NCBI GenBank assembly: GCA_028822535.1
Contig: JAPKDO010000001.1
Location: 1-42,066 of the forward strand
Source of the DNA: Acidimicrobiales bacterium
GTDB taxonomy: Bacteria > Actinomycetota > Acidimicrobiia > Acidimicrobiales > Salinilacustritrichaceae
Direction: 5' to 3'
Length of the DNA stretch: 42,066 nt
Translations under genes and position numbers: made by a program
Part shown: one piece after another, positions 25,692 through 34,580 of the stretch
Layout of the letters: each line of letters begins with the position of its first letter
How positions within the stretch are numbered: the stretch's first letter is position 1
Notes under the pieces: generated by a model
Database searches by the model: none
The model's input: the letters and a program-made list of their open reading frames with translations, nothing else
What the model was told of the DNA's origin: nothing

Positions 25692-28625
25692 TCAGCGCAC
25701 CGTCGTCTTGCGGGGGGACCGCTTGCGGTAGGTCTCGCGGTCGTCCTTGAGGACGAAGATCTCCTCGTCGGTGGGGATGCCGACGTCGCGGAGCGGGCCG
25801 GTCCGGACGCGATACCAGGTCGTGCGGGGGATCTCGTCGACGACGCGGATGTACTTCGGACGGTCCGGGCGCGGAAGCGTGGCGACGGCGTCGCGGAGCT
25901 TGGCCGGGGTCAGCTTCTTGCCGTCGCGGAGTTCGACCGCCACCGCGACCGCGGTCGAGCCGTCCTTCTCCTGGACCCCGTAGGCGACGCTGAGATGCAC
26001 AGCGTCGAGTGACGACACGGCGTCCTGTACGGGGATCGGCGGTGTGGCCCCGAACGGGGTGCGGATCAGCGACTGCACGCCCCCGACCAGCCAGTGATCG
26101 CCGTCGGCGTCGACCGTGAACAGGTCGCCGGTGGCGAGCCATGCATCCCCGCCCTCGAACAGCGCCCGCAGCGAGCGGTCGGGGTAGGCGCCATCGCGCA
26201 CGCTGAGCTTGGCGAGCAGCATGCCGACCTCGCCCGGGTTGCACTCGACCGCGAAGCCGTCGGGCCCCTCGACGAGTCGGCCGGCCTCGATGTCGAAGCG
26301 AGCGACCTTGAGCTTGGCGCTCCCCGGGAGTTGGCGACCCATCGAGCCGACCTTGTCGCCCTTGACGTTGACGAGGACGGCATCGCCCTCGGTCGAGGCA
26401 TAGAACTCGAGGACCTTCGCCGGAGCGAACCGCACCTCCATCCGCTTCCACAGACTCTGGGGCATGCCCGAGCCGATGAACAGCCGGATGGGGTGGTGGA
26501 CGTCGCGGCCTGACGCCGGCGCCTCGAGCATGTCGGCGCCCATCGTCCAGGTGTAGGTGACCGCCGTGGCGCCGTAGCGGCGGACCTCGGACCAGAACGT
26601 GTCAGGGTCGAAGCCCGTGGTCATCGCCAGACGGGCCCGGCTGGCGAGGGCGGCGCCGATGCCCGTGAGCAGCGCGGACGGGTGATGGATCGGAGTGAGA
26701 CTGAGCACCGTGTCGGTGCGGTTGAACGACGCCGACGCCGCCGTGCCGAATGCGGACAGCGCCCACCGACCGTTCGAGATCCGGTTGACCCTCGTGTTGC
26801 CCGCTTCGCCGGTGAAGAGGATGAAGGCCAGGTCCTGGGCGCGACCGGGATTGGGCTCGTACCAGCCGGGGAGAGGGACGGCGTCGGGGTCGATGGCCTC
26901 CATGTCGTCGACGGCCGAGCCGAGGTCACGCGGGCCACCGCCACCGCCGAGGATGTGCACCGGGATGTTCTCGATCGCCGCAGCCTGCTCGCCGTGCTCG
27001 GGGTCGGCGACGATACGGGTGACCCGGCCGAGTTCGACCTCGCGCTGCAGCCAACCGTCGGGCCGGAGCAGCACGGCGACGGCACCGAGGCGGTTGAGCG
27101 CGACGACCACGCCGAGCGCGCTCGGGCGGGTGTCCATGAGCACGCCGACGTGGGAGCCCCGGCGCACACCGATCTTGATGAGCCCGCGGACGACGTTGTC
27201 GATTCGTTCGTTCGCCGCGTGGTACGTGTGGCCGCGTCCCTCGAACAGGAAGACCGTGTCGTCGGGGGCGGCGTGGGCTTGTTCGTCGGTCACGGAGCCG
27301 ATCGAGATCCGGGACGTCGGCTTCACCTGGTCGATGCGGTTGAGTCGCATCAGCGAGCCGACCCCGTCGACGGCGAGGTCGCGCATCGCCCGCACGCCGA
27401 CCTTCGTTCCCGTGGTCACGGCGCGCCCGAGCCCGGCGGTGATGTTGGCGGCGAGGTTCACGGATCGCTCCAGATCGCTCTTGGGTCGGGTGGACGACGG
27501 ACGCTCGGCGTCGAGACGGTCGATCCCCGCCGGTCGCTCGCCGCCGTCGGTCAGCCACGACGCCCAGTCGATGACGGTCGGCCAGGTCACGGTGGTGGAC
27601 TGCGACCCGACCACGAGACCGAAGTGGCCGGCCTCGAGTGGCGTCTCGTAGACGTCGGCCGCCGGGGCAGCGGTCGCGACGGCCCGGACCGCCTCCTCGG
27701 GAGCGATGTCGTCCTTCGAGCCGACGAAGCACAGGATCGGACAGTCGATGTCGGCGAGGGTCACCGGTCGCCCGTCGATGACGAACCCGCCCGAGAGCAT
27801 CCGGTTCGACACGATGAACTGCTTGACCAACTCGGCGAGCGCCGGTCCCGGCCATGCGACCCAACCCTCGTCCATGAGGAAGCGACGCTGCCCCTCGCGG
27901 GGGAGGAGCGAGTCGCGGTCGTGGAGTTGCGCCGCGAACTGGATCTGATTGCGGACCGTGCCGATCGGGTCGAGCAGCCGGAACCCGAACTTGCTCGCCC
28001 ACGCCGGGAGCGTGACGTTGGGGAGGATGTTGTCGGCGACGAAGTCGATGGCGTTGACCAACAACTCGTCGTCGAGGCCGAAGGGCACCTGACTGTGGGT
28101 GTCGACCGGGCTGCCGTAGGTGACCAGGCTGGCGAGACCTTCGCCGCGTCGGTAGGCGGCTGCCTGGTAGCAGAACATCCCGCCTTGGCTGTAGCCCGAG
28201 AGGTGGACGTCGCCGCCGGTGATCTCGATGACCTCGTCGACCGCGGCGCTCAATGCGACCACGTGGTCGGTGAGCGTGCGTTCGAGCCCGCCTTCCTCGT
28301 GCTCGGGTGCCCCGAAGTCGACCACCCACGGGTCGAGGCCACCGGCGGCGAGTTGGCCGACAGCGCTCGACTGCGGCGACACGTCGTACACGTCGGCCGA
28401 CAGCATCATCGGCGGCACGAGGATGATCGGTGGCTTGCGGACGCTGCCGTCGCCGGGGTCGCCGTAGCGACGCAACTTGTACACCGGATGGGAGGCGACG
28501 ACCTCGAACGGCGTCGACTCCTCGCCGGTCTCGAGTCCACCGAAGCGGGCGACTTCGAGGGCGTTCTGCGCGGCCTGACCCAGTTGCACGATCGATCGGG
28601 TCAGTCCTCGCGGGGCGAGATCCAC
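25692..28625 (-). CDS. PhaC-like alpha/beta hydrolase fused to an acyl-CoA synthetase domain (Rv1683-like)
   Basis: VPPMM, WVVDFG.P, GYSQGG, GSPVD, AGHFGLVVGS, then a FATP-like AMP-binding domain (FWSEVRRYG, EFYASTEG, WLATGDLF). Confidence 0.9.
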   Translation of the reverse strand: MDLAPRGLTRSIVQLGQAAQNALEVARFGGLETGEESTPFEVVASHPVYKLRRYGDPGDGSVRKPPIILVPPMMLSADVYDVSPQSSAVGQLAAGGLDPWVVDFGAPEHEEGGLERTLTDHVVALSAAVDEVIEITGGDVHLSGYSQGGMFCYQAAAYRRGEGLASLVTYGSPVDTHSQVPFGLDDELLVNAIDFVADNILPNVTLPAWASKFGFRLLDPIGTVRNQIQFAAQLHDRDSLLPREGQRRFLMDEGWVAWPGPALAELVKQFIVSNRMLSGGFVIDGRPVTLADIDCPILCFVGSKDDIAPEEAVRAVATAAPAADVYETPLEAGHFGLVVGSQSTTVTWPTVIDWASWLTDGGERPAGIDRLDAERPSSTRPKSDLERSVNLAANITAGLGRAVTTGTKVGVRAMRDLAVDGVGSLMRLNRIDQVKPTSRISIGSVTDEQAHAAPDDTVFLFEGRGHTYHAANERIDNVVRGLIKIGVRRGSHVGVLMDTRPSALGVVVALNRLGAVAVLLRPDGWLQREVELGRVTRIVADPEHGEQAAAIENIPVHILGGGGGPRDLGSAVDDMEAIDPDAVPLPGWYEPNPGRAQDLAFILFTGEAGNTRVNRISNGRWALSAFGTAASASFNRTDTVLSLTPIHHPSALLTGIGAALASRARLAMTTGFDPDTFWSEVRRYGATAVTYTWTMGADMLEAPASGRDVHHPIRLFIGSGMPQSLWKRMEVRFAPAKVLEFYASTEGDAVLVNVKGDKVGSMGRQLPGSAKLKVARFDIEAGRLVEGPDGFAVECNPGEVGMLLAKLSVRDGAYPDRSLRALFEGGDAWLATGDLFTVDADGDHWLVGGVQSLIRTPFGATPPIPVQDAVSSLDAVHLSVAYGVQEKDGSTAVAVAVELRDGKKLTPAKLRDAVATLPRPDRPKYIRVVDEIPRTTWYRVRTGPLRDVGIPTDEEIFVLKDDRETYRKRSPRKTTVR

Positions 28626-28694
28626 AGCGCGCTCCCCAGTCGGATCGGCGGATCGGTCCGCTGAGAGTACTCACCGATCGGGAACAATGCGGAG

Positions 28695-29279
28695 GTGAGC
28701 GCTGAGTCGGAATCCCCCGGACCCCCCGAATCGCCTGATCAGGACGGCCTGGCATGGTCGTCGTTCGGGCCGTACTCCGAGATCGCGATGCCGACGGTTT
28801 CGATCGTGAACCCGCAGTGCATCCATGTCGGTGCATTCGTGAAGATCGGATCGCACGCGGTGATCGAGGCGTTGGTCCCCGATCGTGGCGTGGGCGTCAC
28901 GATCGAGGACGGCGCCTACATCGGCCACTTCACCCGCATCACGGCGGTGGGCCAGGTGCACATCGCCGAGGAGGCGCTGATCGCCGATCGCGTCTACATC
29001 TCCGACACCGGCCACATCTACGAGGACGTGACCCAACCGATCAAACGCCAGGGTCTGCGCGACGGCCGGCGGGTCGAGATCGGCCGGGGCGCCTGGCTCG
29101 GCATCGGTGCGGTCGTCGTCGGCAACGTCCGCGTCGGCGAGAACGCCGTGGTCGCCGCCAACACCGTGGTGCGTGAGGACGTCCCCGACTTCACGATCGT
29201 CGCCGGCAACCCCGCCCAGGTCGTGCGTCGTCACGACGGCGACCACTGGCAGTGGAGCCAGCCTCGAGGGCCGGCGTGA
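28695..29279 (+). CDS. Hexapeptide-repeat acyltransferase
   Basis: Left-handed beta-helix repeats; ISDTGH, IGRGAWLG.GAVV, VGENAVVAANTVV..DVP....VAGNPA. Confidence 0.9.
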   Translation: MSAESESPGPPESPDQDGLAWSSFGPYSEIAMPTVSIVNPQCIHVGAFVKIGSHAVIEALVPDRGVGVTIEDGAYIGHFTRITAVGQVHIAEEALIADRVYISDTGHIYEDVTQPIKRQGLRDGRRVEIGRGAWLGIGAVVVGNVRVGENAVVAANTVVREDVPDFTIVAGNPAQVVRRHDGDHWQWSQPRGPA

Positions 29280-29282
29280 TCG

Positions 29283-29355
29283 TGGGGGCGGCGGGGCTCG
29301 AACCCGCGCGCTTCGGCTTAAAAGGCCGCTGCTCTGCCAACTGAGCTACACCCCC
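29283..29355 (-). tRNA. tRNA-Lys(UUU), CCA not encoded
   Basis: GGGGGTG/CGCCCCC acceptor stem, D-arm TAGCTCAGTTGGCAGAGC, anticodon loop CT-TTT-AA, T-arm GCGGG-TTCGAGC-CCCGC; 73 nt. Confidence 0.96.
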
Positions 29356-29452
29356 GAAGGGCGAACGGGCACGCTACTCAGCCGTTCGAGCAGTTGTGGA
29401 TCCGTGCCATCTCCGTCGTCGGTGCCCGCGGTCCGTCCGGCCCGGCGTCTGG

Positions 29453-30052
29453 CTAGATCTGGCCGGGGACGGTCACGTTGTCGGCGTCGACGAGGAGGAC
29501 GGGCTCGCCGCTGCGGAGCACGCCCGGGCCGACCTCGAACCAGCGGCCGCCGAGATTCGGGAGCCGACCCTCGCGGGTGGCGCCGACGAGCTCCTCCAGC
29601 GTGTGGATCACCCCGCCGTGCGACACCACGAACGCGGTTCCCCCGTCGCCGACGTCGGACGCGATGCGGGCGAGCGCACCGACGGCACGCTCGGCGACCG
29701 ACTCGTTCGACTCGTAGTCGTCCGGGCGCCGCCCGTCGGCGAGGTACCCCGGGAACCGCTCCTCGATCTGGGGGCGGGTCATGCCCTGGAACGCTCCGGC
29801 GAACCGCTCGCCCAGGTCGGGGTCGGTGACGACCGGCCCGATGCCGAGTTCGTTGGCGACGATGGTCGCGGTCACCGACGCGCGTTCGAGGTGCGACGCC
29901 CCGATCAGGTCGAACGTGCCGAGCGATTCGGCGGCGAGGTGGGCCTGCCGCACGCCGAGCGTCGACAGCGGCGGGTCCTCGGTGCCCTGCCAACGGCCGT
30001 CGGCGTTCCATGTCGACTGGCCGTGGCGGACGAGCAGGATTCGAGCGGTCAC
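29453..30052 (-). CDS. Histidine phosphatase (phosphoglycerate mutase) family protein
   Basis: LVRHGQS.WN, S.L.RA..TA, L.E...G.FQG, VSHGG. Confidence 0.93.
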   Translation of the reverse strand: MTARILLVRHGQSTWNADGRWQGTEDPPLSTLGVRQAHLAAESLGTFDLIGASHLERASVTATIVANELGIGPVVTDPDLGERFAGAFQGMTRPQIEERFPGYLADGRRPDDYESNESVAERAVGALARIASDVGDGGTAFVVSHGGVIHTLEELVGATREGRLPNLGGRWFEVGPGVLRSGEPVLLVDADNVTVPGQI

Positions 30053-30124
30053 GCTCGGCGACCGTACTGCTGCGGCCCGTGCCCCCCTGCAGCCCGTCCG
30101 GGAGCAATCGGTACGATTCGGGGG

Positions 30125-30364
30125 ATGCCCGCCCTCCGATTGTTCGCCGGTGCCCGGGAGGCCGCGGGCGCCGACCGCGACACGGTGGAGGGCGCAACCG
30201 TCGGGGACGTGCTGGATGCTGCGGTGCGCCGCTACGGCGACGGGTTCGGCGAGATCCTGCGGTCGTGCAAGGTGTGGGTGAACGGCGAACCCGCCAAACG
30301 CGAGGATCCGGTCACGGCGGACGACGAGGTCGCCGTGCTCCCGCCTGTCTCCGGTGGGGCCTGA
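30125..30364 (+). CDS. MoaD/ThiS family ubiquitin-like sulfur carrier
   Basis: RLFA.AREAAG...TV.DVL...VWVNG...DEVAVLPPVSGGA. Confidence 0.9.
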   Translation: MPALRLFAGAREAAGADRDTVEGATVGDVLDAAVRRYGDGFGEILRSCKVWVNGEPAKREDPVTADDEVAVLPPVSGGA

Positions 30365-30368
30365 CACC

Positions 30369-31286
30369 GTGGCCACCACAGAGAAGTCGCGACCGAAGAC
30401 CACGAAGAAGGCCGCTGCGAAGAAGTCCGCCGCCGACAAGACGACCGCGAGACCGAAGGGTCGCCGCGCCAGGGTGCAGGCGAAGCAGAAGGCGCGGGCG
30501 GCCAAACTGCACGCCCGCTCTGGCAGTCGGTGGCGCGTCCACTACGACATCGACGGCCCGCGGGTGCGGCTGGGGATCGCGTGGTTCGTCGGCGCCGTGG
30601 TCGCGTTCACCCTGGGCCTCGTCGGCATCGTGTTGTACTTCGGCGTCGCGTTCGGTGCCGCCGGGTCGCATTGCCTGCGCACGTGGCGGGCCGCCGGTCG
30701 CGACGTCGACCCGACGGTCGCGCTCGGGTCCGTCGCCGTCGTCGTGACCCTGGCGGCCTTCGGGCCCAAGCTCATGGGCCTCGGCGTGCTGGCCCTCGCC
30801 GGTCTCGCCATCGCCGTGTCGCTCGGCGGGGGCGCAGACGACGGATCCCCGTCGGTCTCGATGGGCAACGTCGGCCTGCTGCTGCAATGTGCCCTCCCGC
30901 CGGCCGTCGCCGGTGGTTGCCTCGTCCTCTTGGCCGATCGCGAGATCTGGTCGGCCATCGCACTGGTCCTCATCGCCTCGGCGTACGAATCGGGCGACTA
31001 CCTCGTCGGTTCGGGGGCGGCGAACAACGTCGAGGGCCCCCTCGCGGGTGCGGCCGGCGTGCTCGTGGTCTCGATGGCCGTCGCCGCCGGTGGATTCCCG
31101 CCCTTCGGTGTCGGCGAGGCCATGGTCTTCGGGCTGCTGGTCGCACCGCTCGCGCTCGGTGGCCAGTACCTGGCCACGGCGATGCTGCCCCACTCGCGGG
31201 CATTCGCTCCGGCGTTGCGACGGGTCGATTCGCTGCTGCTGGCAGCCCCGCTCTGGTACTTCGGCATCGACACGTTCGTCTCCTGA
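30369..31286 (+). CDS. Membrane protein, degenerate phosphatidate cytidylyltransferase (CdsA/CTP_transf_1)-like
   Basis: About 8 TM helices. SAYESGDYLVG...EG and LRRVDSLLLAAP resemble CdsA motifs. Lys/Arg-rich N-terminus. Confidence 0.6.
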   Translation: MATTEKSRPKTTKKAAAKKSAADKTTARPKGRRARVQAKQKARAAKLHARSGSRWRVHYDIDGPRVRLGIAWFVGAVVAFTLGLVGIVLYFGVAFGAAGSHCLRTWRAAGRDVDPTVALGSVAVVVTLAAFGPKLMGLGVLALAGLAIAVSLGGGADDGSPSVSMGNVGLLLQCALPPAVAGGCLVLLADREIWSAIALVLIASAYESGDYLVGSGAANNVEGPLAGAAGVLVVSMAVAAGGFPPFGVGEAMVFGLLVAPLALGGQYLATAMLPHSRAFAPALRRVDSLLLAAPLWYFGIDTFVS

Positions 31287-31342
31287 CGACCTGCGGTACC
31301 GTTTCCCGTAGGTCCCGACGTGGGCGCCGACAGGAGTGACCC

Positions 31343-31882
31343 GTGAGCTCGAATCTCGAAGCAATCCTCGCCGACGACTACCCGGGCGACGTGGCCGCCC
31401 TCTCCATCGAGGACGTGCGTGCCCGCCGCGCGGAATGCAAGGAGATCGAGACCGGTCTGTCCTACCTGCGCCGCCTCGTGCAGGGGCGTCTCGACGTGGT
31501 CGCTGCCGAACAGGGTCGACGTCGCGACGGAGGCGACGGGGACGACCTCGAAGGGCTGATCGCCCGCCTCCCCGACCTGCTGGCGGGGAGCACGCGTAGC
31601 GAGGGCACCGGACGCCTCCCGTCGAGCATCGGGATCGGGACGGTCGACGACGACCTGCAGGACGAACTCGACGGCATCATCACCGACACCCATCTCGGCG
31701 AGCCCGGGGAGCTCAGCGACGACCAACTCCGCGCGGCGGCGTCGGCGCTGGCGGCCTTCGAGCAGAAGGTGTCTGGCCTCCGCCGGTCGTTGTTCGACCG
31801 AATCGACGCGTTCGAAGCCGAGCTGACCCGCCGGTACAAGTCGGGCGAGGCCTCGGTCGACAGCCTGCTCAATCAGCCCTGA
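31343..31882 (+). CDS. rsiG: RsiG/AmfC family anti-sigma factor (c-di-GMP binding)
   Basis: ETGLSYLRRLVQGRLD fits E-x3-S-x2-R-x3-Q-x3-D. Second helix EQKVSGLRRSLFDRID; C-terminal ELTRRYKSGEASVDSLL. Confidence 0.85.
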   Translation: MSSNLEAILADDYPGDVAALSIEDVRARRAECKEIETGLSYLRRLVQGRLDVVAAEQGRRRDGGDGDDLEGLIARLPDLLAGSTRSEGTGRLPSSIGIGTVDDDLQDELDGIITDTHLGEPGELSDDQLRAAASALAAFEQKVSGLRRSLFDRIDAFEAELTRRYKSGEASVDSLLNQP

Positions 31883-31945
31883 CGGGCGGCCCCGGCCTGC
31901 ACGATCGACGGGGCGCGTCGCACCTTCAGCTGCTTGACTGACCCC

Positions 31946-32329
<384 letters not shown>

Positions 32330-32332
32330 GCG

Positions 32333-32788
32333 TTGACCGAGGAGTCCGAGCGCTGGGGTGATCTCGGCGCGTTCATCCGGGAGCAGCGCCGTACGACCCA
32401 TGTCTCGCTGCGCAAGCTGGCCGAGACGGCCGGCGTCTCCAACCCGTATCTGAGCCAGATCGAACGAGGTCTGCGAAAGCCGTCGGCCGAGATCCTCCAG
32501 CAGATCGCCAAGGCGCTGTCGATCTCGGCCGAGTCGCTCTATGTGCGGGCCGGGATCCTCGAGGAACGAGACGACTCGGTCGACGTCGTGAGCGAGATCC
32601 GGCGAGACACATCGCTGTCGGCTGACCAGCGTCAGGCCCTCATCCGGATCTACCAGTCGTTCCGTTCCGAGGCCGGATCGCCGCTCCCCGACGACGGAGC
32701 GGACGACGGCGCTGGCGACGCGACTGGCGATGGGGCGCGCGACGAAAGTGATGACGACCCGGAATTCTCCGACGCCGCGGGGCGTTGA
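32333..32788 (+). CDS. XRE-family HTH transcriptional regulator (Rv0474-like)
   Basis: LGAFIREQR, SLRKLAE.AGVSNPYLSQIERGLRKPSAEILQQIAKAL.ISAE.LY..AGIL. Confidence 0.92.
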   Translation: MTEESERWGDLGAFIREQRRTTHVSLRKLAETAGVSNPYLSQIERGLRKPSAEILQQIAKALSISAESLYVRAGILEERDDSVDVVSEIRRDTSLSADQRQALIRIYQSFRSEAGSPLPDDGADDGAGDATGDGARDESDDDPEFSDAAGR

Positions 32789-32819
32789 CGCAGCCGTGCA
32801 ACGTCCCGACCATCGTCCC

Positions 32820-34040
32820 GTGCAGCGCCTGGGCGTCCTGTCGCTCCACACGTCGCCGCTCGTCCAACCGGGGTCGGGCGACGGTGGCGGCATGAACGTC
32901 TACGTGCGGGAACTGGTCGGCTCGCTGGCCCAGGCGGGTGTCGACTGCCAGGTGTACACCCGCCGGCACCACCCCGATCTCCCCGACGTCGTCGACATCG
33001 AGCCGGGCTTCCGTGTCGTCCATGTCGACGCCGGCGACCCGGATCTGGCGAAGGAGTCGCTGGTCGACACGGTCGGCGACTTCACCAAGGGGGTGCTCGG
33101 CCATCTCGAGGACCATCCGGTCGACGCCGTGCACGCGAACTACTGGCTGTCCGGGGTCGCCGGGCACACCATCAAGCACGAACTCGACCTGCCGCTCGTG
33201 TCGACCTTCCACACGCTCGGGGCGGTGAAGTCGCTCGCCGGCGATCCGGAGCCGGCCCATCGCATCCAGGCCGAGCGCGAGATCATCGGGTGCTCTGACG
33301 CGATCCTCGCGAACGCCTCGGCCGAGGCGGTCGAACTGGTCCAGCACTACGACGCCGACGCCGCCCGCATCGAGATCGTGCCGCCGGGCGTCGATCACGC
33401 GTTCTTCAGTCCGGGCGATCGAGCCGGTGCACGCGTCGCGCTCGACCTCGATCTCGGCGACCGTCCGGTGCTCTTGTTCGTCGGCCGCATCCAGCCGCTC
33501 AAGGGGCTCGACGTGGCGGTGCGGGCGCTCGCGTCGATGGAGCGCGACGACGCGGTGCTCGTCGCGGTCGGCGGCACCAGCGGTCCCACCGGCGACGCAC
33601 ATCTCGCCGAGGTCATGGAACTCGCCGACGAGCTGCGTGTCGCCGACCGGATCCGGTTCGTCCCCGCCCAGCCGCACCATCTGCTGTCGACCTTCTACCG
33701 GGCCGCGGATCTCGTCCTGGTCCCCAGCCGGTCCGAGAGTTTCGGACTCGTCGCCCTCGAGGCGGCGGCCTGTGGCACACCCGTCGTGGCGACGTCCGTC
33801 GGCGGACTCCGCACGCTCGTACGGCACGGGTCGTCCGGATTCCTCGTCCCAGAACGCGACGCCGAACGCTTCGCCGTCCACGCGGATGCCGTGCTCGCCG
33901 ATCCGGATCTCGCTGCCCATCTCGGCGCCGGGGGCGTGCGGGTCGCGCGCGACTTCACGTGGTCGACGACGGCGGCGCGCCTGCGCCGTGTGTACCAGGA
34001 CGTGGCGGCGCGGTCGCTGGTCCTGTGCCGCGCGGCGTAG
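32820..34040 (+). CDS. mshA: D-inositol-3-phosphate glycosyltransferase (mycothiol biosynthesis)
   Basis: SLHTSPL.QPG.GDGGGMNVYV, HANYWLSG, FHTL, GRIQPLKG, PSRSESFGLVALEA. Followed by ybjN as in other actinobacteria. Confidence 0.9.
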   Translation: MQRLGVLSLHTSPLVQPGSGDGGGMNVYVRELVGSLAQAGVDCQVYTRRHHPDLPDVVDIEPGFRVVHVDAGDPDLAKESLVDTVGDFTKGVLGHLEDHPVDAVHANYWLSGVAGHTIKHELDLPLVSTFHTLGAVKSLAGDPEPAHRIQAEREIIGCSDAILANASAEAVELVQHYDADAARIEIVPPGVDHAFFSPGDRAGARVALDLDLGDRPVLLFVGRIQPLKGLDVAVRALASMERDDAVLVAVGGTSGPTGDAHLAEVMELADELRVADRIRFVPAQPHHLLSTFYRAADLVLVPSRSESFGLVALEAAACGTPVVATSVGGLRTLVRHGSSGFLVPERDAERFAVHADAVLADPDLAAHLGAGGVRVARDFTWSTTAARLRRVYQDVAARSLVLCRAA

Positions 34041-34061
34041 ATCCGGGTCCAGACTGGAGCC

Positions 34062-34541
34062 GTGCAACACGCCTCCAGTCCCGAAGAGCTCGCCGAGATC
34101 GTCACCACGATCGAAGCGTGGTTGGCCGAGCAGTTGGCCGAGAACCCCGTCGTCGCAGCGACCGAGCGTGACGAGGACCCCGATGTCCACCGGTGGTTCG
34201 TCCGGGTGACGGGGGAGGAGAAGGACGTCTTCTCCATCTGGCTGCATCTGCAGCAGCGCACGCTCCACTACGAGACCTACGTGATGCCGGCGCCCGAGGA
34301 GAACCACGCCGAGTTCTACGCGCATCTGCTGCGACGGAACGCCCGGCTCATGGGCGCAGCGTTCTCGATCGGTGACGAGGACGCGATCTTCCTCGAAGGA
34401 GCGCTGCCCAACGACGCCATCGACGACGGCGAACTCGACCGCATCCTCGGGTCGCTGTACGTCTGGGTCGAGCAGTTCTTCCGGCCCGCACTGCGCATCG
34501 GGTTCGCGAGTCGGTTCGCACCGCCCGAATCGCAGGATTGA
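34062..34541 (+). CDS. YbjN domain protein
   Basis: V.GEEK, ETYVMPAPEENH..FY..LLRRN, ELDRILG, LRIGFAS; position after mshA. Confidence 0.85.
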   Translation: MQHASSPEELAEIVTTIEAWLAEQLAENPVVAATERDEDPDVHRWFVRVTGEEKDVFSIWLHLQQRTLHYETYVMPAPEENHAEFYAHLLRRNARLMGAAFSIGDEDAIFLEGALPNDAIDDGELDRILGSLYVWVEQFFRPALRIGFASRFAPPESQD

Positions 34542-34580
34542 CTGTCATGTCATTTCATGCAATGTTGTGCAGGCGGATCG

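Noticed and set aside
26682-28664. Long antisense or alternative-frame ORFs (e.g. 26682..28664 +, 34545..36671 -, 39781..41562 -, 2216..3685 -)
   Set aside because: These are shadow ORFs caused by high GC3 in the real genes; they have no recognisable domains.
29283-29355. tRNA-Lys as an integration site; G27.A43 mismatch in the anticodon stem
   Set aside because: I saw no integrase, duplicated tRNA 3' end or compositional shift nearby. A terminal anticodon-stem mismatch is tolerated in functional tRNAs.
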